Part shown: positions 46,243 to 52,391 of the stretch, in pieces
Numbering within the stretch: position 1 is the first letter of the stretch
Layout of the letters: the number at the start of each line of letters is the position of its first letter
The notes under the pieces: model-generated
Seen by the model: the letters and a program-made list of their open reading frames with translations, nothing else
Database searches by the model: none
Told to the model about the DNA's origin: nothing
Source of the DNA: a virus
Lineage: Duplodnaviria; Caudoviricetes
Length of the DNA: 52,391 bases
Direction: 5' to 3' (one strand)
Virus record (IMG/VR): IMGVR_UViG_3300028559_000054
Coordinates: 1-52,391 of that record
Position numbers and translations under genes: made by a program

Positions 46243-47007
46243 TTAGTCTTTGTTAATAATGGGCAAGGGTATATTAAATATATTATAATAATTATTTATA
46301 TTTAATTCAAGTTTTTTATTTTTTTCATCCCAAATATATGAACATATCCCGTTATATCTTAGTAATTGATATTTCACTTTATTCTTGAGAAATTCTTCAT
46401 TTCCGTTCCATGAGTAATGTTTAATATGAGCAATTTCTCGTGGTATTTGCAAATGAGCCAAGGTTTTGTAGTCTATTTCTTTATTATCTTTATCATTATA
46501 CACTATGTCATTTTCAAAATAGAATTTGTTTAATTTTAAGTTATTAAAATTTGTTTTAAATATCCTTGGTGGGCAAAATCCGTCTATCCAATGGTTTTCA
46601 TCATTAAAATAATTTTTGAAATTTATCTTAAAATAAGGTATAAATTCTTCTGATTGTATAAATTTTATTATATTATTAATTTGTTCTTCTGTATAAAACT
46701 CATCTTCATCTAAAAGCCAAATATAATCTACGTTTTGTTTTAATAAATATTCTAATGGGTAGTTTCTTACAGTAGAGTCATTCGATACTTTTGAATCATA
46801 TACATATGAAATAATATCTTTATATTGAGTCTTTAGTCTAAACGCTGTTTCGGTATCTTCTTTTAAGTAATTTATATTTAAATATTGATCGAACTTACAT
46901 GAAGATGCGGCGAAAATACATGTGCTACTAAACTTTCTCCAGTGTTCTAAAACACGATCAAGATATTGAGGGAAACCATAAAAGTTACATAATACTCCGA
47001 TTTTCAT
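46243..47007 (-). CDS. GT-A (GT2-like) glycosyltransferase
   Basis: DYIWLLDEDEFY DxD motif, PRIF, KHYSW. Confidence 0.7.
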   Translation of the reverse strand: MKIGVLCNFYGFPQYLDRVLEHWRKFSSTCIFAASSCKFDQYLNINYLKEDTETAFRLKTQYKDIISYVYDSKVSNDSTVRNYPLEYLLKQNVDYIWLLDEDEFYTEEQINNIIKFIQSEEFIPYFKINFKNYFNDENHWIDGFCPPRIFKTNFNNLKLNKFYFENDIVYNDKDNKEIDYKTLAHLQIPREIAHIKHYSWNGNEEFLKNKVKYQLLRYNGICSYIWDEKNKKLELNINNYYNIFNIPLPIINKD

Positions 47008-47771
47008 TTATTCATCCACCAATTTAAAATATAGTCCTCTCTTTGAGCAAGGTTAGGATAATCAAATCCTTGTAATGGATATGCTCTTTGCTCTATTTCA
47101 TTAACTGAAAAATCATTTCTTAGAAATGTTATCTCTAGTGTGTCTGGAAAATCTCCATAAATTGGACCATGATTATTTGCATGTAAGTGTACTATTTTAT
47201 AATATTTATTTATAGTTTGAAAAAAAGATATTTTTATGTCTATATTTTTTCTAATATATAATGGAAAAGCGTCTATTCCCCATCCGTTTGGTAATTCCTC
47301 TATAAGGGAGTGTGCTTCCATACTAATTTGATTAAAATGTTTACTAACTAAATCTATATTTTTTTCAAGTACTTCATATTCGTGACATTCTATATCCATT
47401 TTAAGCGCCATATTAAATTCTTCTTGATGATTATTCTCTCTTATGTGTTCGATAAAGTTATCTTTATTTAAGTATTGTTTTTTAAAAATAAAATTATCAT
47501 GCTCAATTGGAAGTTTTTCTACTGAACCATCATACATATATATTTTTTTGCCATTGCTTGCACATTCTAAATCAAAAGCCATAGAAGCTGGAATATGGCC
47601 AACTCCATAAGAATAAATATTTTTTGAATCTTCCATTAATTCTTTTAAAAAAACATAACTACTGTCTCCAATACCTCCATATCTTTTTTTCGTAAATGAA
47701 CAAGCGTGTGGGATGATTAATTCTTTTAATTTTTTATATTTGTTCGGATTGCTTGGATTAAATAAGTTCAT
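47004..47771 (-). CDS. FkbM/Methyltransf_22-like methyltransferase
   Basis: YSYGV, LKMDIE..E, HLHANN, PDTLEITF. Confidence 0.75.
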   Translation of the reverse strand: MNLFNPSNPNKYKKLKELIIPHACSFTKKRYGGIGDSSYVFLKELMEDSKNIYSYGVGHIPASMAFDLECASNGKKIYMYDGSVEKLPIEHDNFIFKKQYLNKDNFIEHIRENNHQEEFNMALKMDIECHEYEVLEKNIDLVSKHFNQISMEAHSLIEELPNGWGIDAFPLYIRKNIDIKISFFQTINKYYKIVHLHANNHGPIYGDFPDTLEITFLRNDFSVNEIEQRAYPLQGFDYPNLAQREDYILNWWMNK

Positions 47772-48370
47772 GTCTTAATTTTGCAAGACCATACGCATTT
47801 TTCGAATTGATCTTGCATAAAGGGTTGAAGGTTATATATCTTCGCTGTGCTTGTTAAATCTGACTCCTTGCTTTCTAACCAACTCCATCTTGTATTTTTA
47901 TATTTTTCATATTCTTCTTCGCTTTTATAGTAATCATGCGTAAGAACTAAATCTCCAGATTTTAAATATTTTGCAAATGTATTAAATTCTTTTACTTTAT
48001 TTCCCCCGTCACAAAATAAAATAGTTTTACCGTCCCTGTTAATTAAATCTTTTACAAAAGACTCTATCTTAAAAATATCATTAATATACCATTTAATTTT
48101 TGTATTTTTTAAATTTTGATCAAAGCCTCGGTCTACTATATCAAAGCAGTATATATCTGCTTGTTCAGAAATTTTTGAGTCATTTAATATAAGAGAAAAT
48201 CCTCCATGATTCATGCCAATTTCTATTATTGTTTTTGGTAATTCATTAGTCTTTTTTAATTCTAAATATAAACTTTCTAACACATCTATGACTTCTACTC
48301 TTTGCTCTAATCGAATGTCTTTATAAAAAAACATCATATTGTTTGTGTCCATTTTTACGAATTCTTTCAT
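47768..48370 (-). CDS. class I SAM-dependent methyltransferase
   Basis: IIEIG...GG, FCDGG, L..GD...HDY. Confidence 0.75.
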   Translation of the reverse strand: MKEFVKMDTNNMMFFYKDIRLEQRVEVIDVLESLYLELKKTNELPKTIIEIGMNHGGFSLILNDSKISEQADIYCFDIVDRGFDQNLKNTKIKWYINDIFKIESFVKDLINRDGKTILFCDGGNKVKEFNTFAKYLKSGDLVLTHDYYKSEEEYEKYKNTRWSWLESKESDLTSTAKIYNLQPFMQDQFEKCVWSCKIKT

Positions 48371-48375
48371 ATATT

Positions 48376-48720
48376 TTATTTGTATCCTATTTTTATTTCT
48401 TTTAAAGAGGCAGAGAAGAATTTTTCTTGCAAGCTTTTTTTGGCTAAGTATCTTTGATAATTACATGAATCTACATAACTTGCTTTTACCTTGTCTACTT
48501 TTGCTTCATCTACCGCTTTGAAAGTTTTTTGATTAGCTTTTAATAGGTCCTTGTATTCTTTAGACTTAATGATTATATTAAATTTATTTGGAATTTGATC
48601 TTTAATATAATTTTTACATTCGTTCCAAGCTTTAAGAGTTAAATCGCTATTATTTCTTTTAATATAAAATATGCTTAAAAAGTCAAAAGCATAGGCTTCG
48701 TCTACTAATAAATTAATCAT
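48376..48720 (-). CDS. hypothetical helical protein (DUF6165-like)
   Basis: 114 aa; D.LSI..IK...AN...N..R..K pattern. Confidence 0.5.
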   Translation of the reverse strand: MINLLVDEAYAFDFLSIFYIKRNNSDLTLKAWNECKNYIKDQIPNKFNIIIKSKEYKDLLKANQKTFKAVDEAKVDKVKASYVDSCNYQRYLAKKSLQEKFFSASLKEIKIGYK

Positions 48721-49556
48721 ATCTTTGTGTAGGAGTATGTTACTCCAATATCGTCCTTAGTTATATTATAATATAAACAGGCAAAGTCTAACCAGTTTTC
48801 ATGTGATACATGTGGCAATTTACCATAATGCTTTTGTGGTATAAATTCATTATTCAAGAAGCTTTCATAATTTGTTCTAAACTTAGGATAATCATTATTT
48901 CCTTCTGTTAGTATTACTTTTCTAAATATGTTTGGATAACAATTAGCTATATTCATTGGTCCAGAATTAACCCCAATGAATAAAAATGAGTTCTTTATTA
49001 TACTAATCATTTCTTCTAATGAAGACCCTCTTTTGTCTGTAACATTAATATTCTTATCGTGAGTTGAGCCAATTTGGATTAATTCAAAATCTTTATATTT
49101 TTCTTTGATTATATCTATGATATGATCTGGTATTTCTCCTGCTGTTGATTTTCCTGGACCAGAATGTATGGATATTTTTTTATAATTAATATTTTGATCA
49201 TTTTGATCGTATAAATTGAAATGCCTAAGATAACATTTTATTCCCAAAATATTGCAGTGTTTTGAGGCTCTCGAAAAATATTGAGTTCCATAAATTGTTT
49301 CGTGTTGCTCGATAGGAAGATCAAAAAGTTTATCTAATACGATAAGCATGTTTGGTTTTGTATCTCTTACTATATAAGGATTTTTATCAAAAACCCAATA
49401 TTTAAATGGATCATATAATTTTACTCCAAAATTTTTATATATATTTTCTGGCAAATGAGTATATTGAATTTTATCTCCTATTCCAACGCCTTCGATAACT
49501 ATCCCTAATTTATTTTGATTCAATAAATTTTTAAACTCTTCTTGGATTTGTGTCAT
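48717..49556 (-). CDS. GT9-like glycosyltransferase
   Basis: GIGD, LIQIG, FIGVNSGPMNIA. Confidence 0.75.
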   Translation of the reverse strand: MTQIQEEFKNLLNQNKLGIVIEGVGIGDKIQYTHLPENIYKNFGVKLYDPFKYWVFDKNPYIVRDTKPNMLIVLDKLFDLPIEQHETIYGTQYFSRASKHCNILGIKCYLRHFNLYDQNDQNINYKKISIHSGPGKSTAGEIPDHIIDIIKEKYKDFELIQIGSTHDKNINVTDKRGSSLEEMISIIKNSFLFIGVNSGPMNIANCYPNIFRKVILTEGNNDYPKFRTNYESFLNNEFIPQKHYGKLPHVSHENWLDFACLYYNITKDDIGVTYSYTKI

Positions 49557-49557
49557 A

Positions 49558-50319
49558 TTAGTCTATGTCCAATAAGTGGTCTTGCGTTTCACAATTAAAA
49601 TCTTCTTCTTTTGTGGGGTTTGCATTTTTTTGAAATCCACCAGAAGAAATTTCCCAATGTTTGTTCCAAAAATTCTCTTGCCTCAATATCCTATCTTTGA
49701 CTGAAAGATACCCAACGTGTACTACAAATGGCGCCTGTTTGCTTCTTAAAATTTTTATATCACATGGAGCTAATCTATATTTTGTTAAAGTATGATCTGA
49801 ATAAATTAATTCACATCCGTCACTTTTTTCTATGTCTAAGAATCCATTTTTTAAGCCAAAATGAACTGCTCCTCTCATTAATCCTGATTTATGCAAGTAC
49901 CATTTAGGATTTATTGATGCATATTTTTCTTTACTTTTATAAAGATTCACAGAGGGTATCATGTAGCAATCTACTTCATCGTCTTGAAGTAATTGTTGGG
50001 CTAAATTATCCCATATATTTTTTTGCCATAAGGGAATATATTCATCCATATCTAAACTAATTTTTATTGGTAAGGACGTATTCTGTAATGCTATATTTTT
50101 AATCTTACCATCTAAAAGAGGATCGCTGTAATCTATATTGGTCTCTATAATTTTTAAATTATCAAACTTTAAATCATGAAGTTTTTTAAGCGTATTGTCC
50201 TCAGATTTATTGACAGCAATTACAACTTCTTGAGCAAAAGAGCAGAATTTATTAATTGCATTTAAATAATCAAAATTATTTTTAATTAAATTAAAAGCTG
50301 AAGAATATATACTAAACAT
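49558..50319 (-). CDS. GT-A (GT2-like) glycosyltransferase (start revised to 50319)
   Basis: SEDNT, KNIALQ, LDMDE; TAATG coupling to the upstream gene. Confidence 0.7.
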   Translation of the reverse strand: MFSIYSSAFNLIKNNFDYLNAINKFCSFAQEVVIAVNKSEDNTLKKLHDLKFDNLKIIETNIDYSDPLLDGKIKNIALQNTSLPIKISLDMDEYIPLWQKNIWDNLAQQLLQDDEVDCYMIPSVNLYKSKEKYASINPKWYLHKSGLMRGAVHFGLKNGFLDIEKSDGCELIYSDHTLTKYRLAPCDIKILRSKQAPFVVHVGYLSVKDRILRQENFWNKHWEISSGGFQKNANPTKEEDFNCETQDHLLDID

Positions 50320-51158
50320 TACCCTTCTCCCCAAGTTTTTACAATAGAGTCTATTGGTTCATTTTTGATAAAAGATAAATAATATCTTTGTAGAATTGGT
50401 TCTTTATTGAACATTTCTAAAAATATAGAATCACTACTCCATTGGCCTGAATAAAGAAGTTGGTAAAGACTTTCTATTGTGAAATTAGTTTTATATTTAA
50501 TTCTACAATATTCTCTAAAATTTATTCTATTTGCTTCGAGTTGTTGGTATTCTTGTATTTTGTTTTCTCTCCCAAGGAGTAAATGATTAGATCTACCATA
50601 AACCCAATAATACTTAAGATGATGTTTGAACCAGTCTTTTCTTGATCTAACATCTACTCTATTATTCCACGTTATTTCTTTTGTATCATTGTTATGATTA
50701 AAGTGTTTGGCTAAATCAACTCCTTGTTGGCGCGTATTCATTAATCCCCAATGAGGGCTTCCTTGAAAAAACATATCATCATAATATTTAAAAAGAAATC
50801 CTTTTCCTTCCCACCAACAAGATGATATTCTTGAGTTTTCTAAATTATTAATAAATGGTTTTATTTCTAGTGTGAATTTTGGATTTAATCTTTCCTCTGT
50901 GTCTCTTATAATAAACCAATCTCCATTAATCATTGGACCTTGCCTTAAGATTTCATTCATCTGAAAATCGTGATCATTTGTCCATTTTCTTTTTATTATT
51001 GCCCCTTCTCTTTTTCTTGATTCTAGTAGTTCCAATGTTCCATCTGTTGAGCCTCCATCTACAAAAATTAACCCATCAAAATGTTGATAAACATCTTTTG
51101 TAAGATCGTTGATTTCTTCTTTTTTATTTTGAGTAATTCCGCAGAAGTATATTTTCAT
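50319..51158 (-). CDS. GT2-like glycosyltransferase
   Basis: FVDGGSTDGT, WFIIRDTEE. Confidence 0.75.
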   Translation of the reverse strand: MKIYFCGITQNKKEEINDLTKDVYQHFDGLIFVDGGSTDGTLELLESRKREGAIIKRKWTNDHDFQMNEILRQGPMINGDWFIIRDTEERLNPKFTLEIKPFINNLENSRISSCWWEGKGFLFKYYDDMFFQGSPHWGLMNTRQQGVDLAKHFNHNNDTKEITWNNRVDVRSRKDWFKHHLKYYWVYGRSNHLLLGRENKIQEYQQLEANRINFREYCRIKYKTNFTIESLYQLLYSGQWSSDSIFLEMFNKEPILQRYYLSFIKNEPIDSIVKTWGEG

Positions 51159-52147
51159 TTATTAAATTGTTTCATTATAAGGTCGTGTTCATTCCTACAA
51201 TGAAATTTATTTTTATAAAAGTCATGTATTTCTTTTCTGTTTAATCCGATAGCTTTATTTTTAATATTATTAAAGTTATCAAAATTTTTTAATGTTAAAT
51301 CGAAGAATTTAGCATTATTTGTTACCCCGCCTTGATCTTCATCTAAAGTTATTACTGGTGTCCCTCTAGAGTAAGACTCTAATGTTGTAATATTACAAGA
51401 CTCAATTAATCTTGTGAACTGGCATAAGGCTATGGCATTTGACATCACATTATTTTTATCTTCATCTTCTAAGCCTAAATAAAATTCTAAGTTTGGCATA
51501 TTTAATCGTTTTAAGAACTTCTCAAGCTCTGCACTATTCCATGGCGCTCCATAGATTTTAAATCGATCCTTTGCATTTAATTCTGCTAACTTAATGAATA
51601 GGTCAAGCCCTTTAGCTTGTAGTCCCCAACCTAAGCTACCACACCATAAAAAGTACTCTCTTTTTTGTTCATTTTCATTATAATAGAACTCGTCTTCAGA
51701 TAGACCATGAGGTATAATGCATGTTTGATCTTCATTAAAAAATCCACTATATGATAGTTTTTGATTCAATGATAAAAACCTATTAGTAATAAATTCTGAA
51801 GAAAATATAAATAATGCTGGGATACCACCTTTAGCCATGCCACCACAATTAGCATTAATTGCCTTAATTCTTTTATTGTGTATTAATTTACAACTTTCAT
51901 TTGTTAGATTATAGGCTATAACTTTACCTTCTTGTGGTAAATTTATTATAGCTTTACTTACGAAGTCTTCTTGCGATTCGGCTTGTATATAAATATAGTC
52001 TTTTGAATTAATTTTTTGAGAAGAAATGATTTGTAATGGTATATTATTAGATGAGCAAAACTTTATAAAAGCTTCTATTCTTTTTTCTATACCACCAGAT
52101 ATGGGCGATGGAAATATTTGATGAGTATTTAAAAGTATAAAATTCAA
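51155..52147 (-). CDS. GT4 (GT-B) glycosyltransferase
   Basis: GGIE, IPHG, KGLD, ESCNITTLE...GTPVI (EX7E); TTG start. Confidence 0.8.
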   Translation of the reverse strand: MNFILLNTHQIFPSPISGGIEKRIEAFIKFCSSNNIPLQIISSQKINSKDYIYIQAESQEDFVSKAIINLPQEGKVIAYNLTNESCKLIHNKRIKAINANCGGMAKGGIPALFIFSSEFITNRFLSLNQKLSYSGFFNEDQTCIIPHGLSEDEFYYNENEQKREYFLWCGSLGWGLQAKGLDLFIKLAELNAKDRFKIYGAPWNSAELEKFLKRLNMPNLEFYLGLEDEDKNNVMSNAIALCQFTRLIESCNITTLESYSRGTPVITLDEDQGGVTNNAKFFDLTLKNFDNFNNIKNKAIGLNRKEIHDFYKNKFHCRNEHDLIMKQFNK

Positions 52148-52156
52148 CTTATACTC

Positions 52157-52185
52157 ATAATATTATAATTAATAATATAAGTCAA
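52157..52185 (-). promoter_or_regulatory. sigma70-type promoter of the glycan island
   Basis: TTGACT-17-TATTAT, 9 nt before the TTG start. Confidence 0.65.
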
Positions 52186-52214
52186 GTAAAATTATTATAT
52201 TAAACCAATCTTGG

Positions 52215-52220
52215 GTGTAA
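52215..52220 (+). promoter_or_regulatory. GTGTAA motif
   Basis: 8 nt before ATG 52229. Confidence 0.45.
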
Positions 52221-52228
52221 CATCGTAT

Positions 52229-52303
52229 ATGACCCTATCTACTACTTTAATTTGTTTTGCTGTGTTAATTTATATATTTTATCTTATTGAAAGATTAAAA
52301 TAA
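52229..52303 (+). CDS. 24-aa single-transmembrane microprotein
   Basis: MTLSTTLICFAVLIYIFYLIERLK*, preceded by GTGTAA, in an intergenic gap. Confidence 0.5.
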   Translation: MTLSTTLICFAVLIYIFYLIERLK

Positions 52304-52318
52304 TTAATTATTGCAATT

Positions 52319-52390
52319 TTAATTAAATAATAACTTATTGTCTATAATATATTGATCTAATTCTTCTTTTGTGTCTGATATAACCATTGT
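52319..52390 (-). CDS. 3' end of a gene running off the window
   Basis: open frame TMVISDTKEELDQYIIDNKLLFN* reaching the window edge. Confidence 0.5.
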   Translation of the reverse strand, partial: TMVISDTKEELDQYIIDNKLLFN

Positions 52391-52391
52391 C

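Noticed and set aside
1207-48521. Short antisense or nested ORFs (e.g. 1207-1494, 24643-24846, 25438-25641, 34822-35121, 40365-40670)
   Set aside because: Shadows of long genes with no motifs; the identical 67-aa pair only reflects the DNA repeat
101-52147. Alternative genetic code, since no called gene ends in TAG
   Set aside because: ORFs are intact under code 11 and no gene is broken by TAG. TGA appears almost only in overlaps, so AT-driven TAA preference is enough

Overview
AT-rich fragment of a large tailed dsDNA phage genome (Caudoviricetes; probably long non-contractile tail, as no sheath gene is visible). No capsid, portal, terminase, integrase, tRNA or CRISPR array was recognised. 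101-25911 (+) is a late tail module: neck/completion proteins, tail tube, two paralogous chaperone-like genes, a 2038-aa tape measure protein (TMP), tail-tip proteins and a repeat-built fibre. 25908-41701 (-) is a replication/recombination module: SSAP, Whirly-like SSB, a family C DNA polymerase split into PHP, exonuclease and core genes, Cas4-like nuclease, primase, ThyX, DnaB and RecA, with two glycosyltransferases and a prolyl-hydroxylase cassette embedded. 41726-52147 (-) is a glycan island (Glf, Gmd, epimerase, methyltransferases, glycosyltransferases). Best leads: (i) a possible virion glycosylation system, since [S/T]-G dipeptides are strongly enriched in specific tail proteins and glf is frameshifted at an A11 tract; (ii) four GF[IV]PN[FL] motifs in the TMP that delimit cargo-like modules, one with a PD-(D/E)xK-like signature; (iii) a GT9 enzyme split across two genes; (iv) a Whirly-like phage SSB; (v) two promoter classes, leaderless sigma70-type and GTGTAA. 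All calls come from motif recognition by eye; no database search was run.
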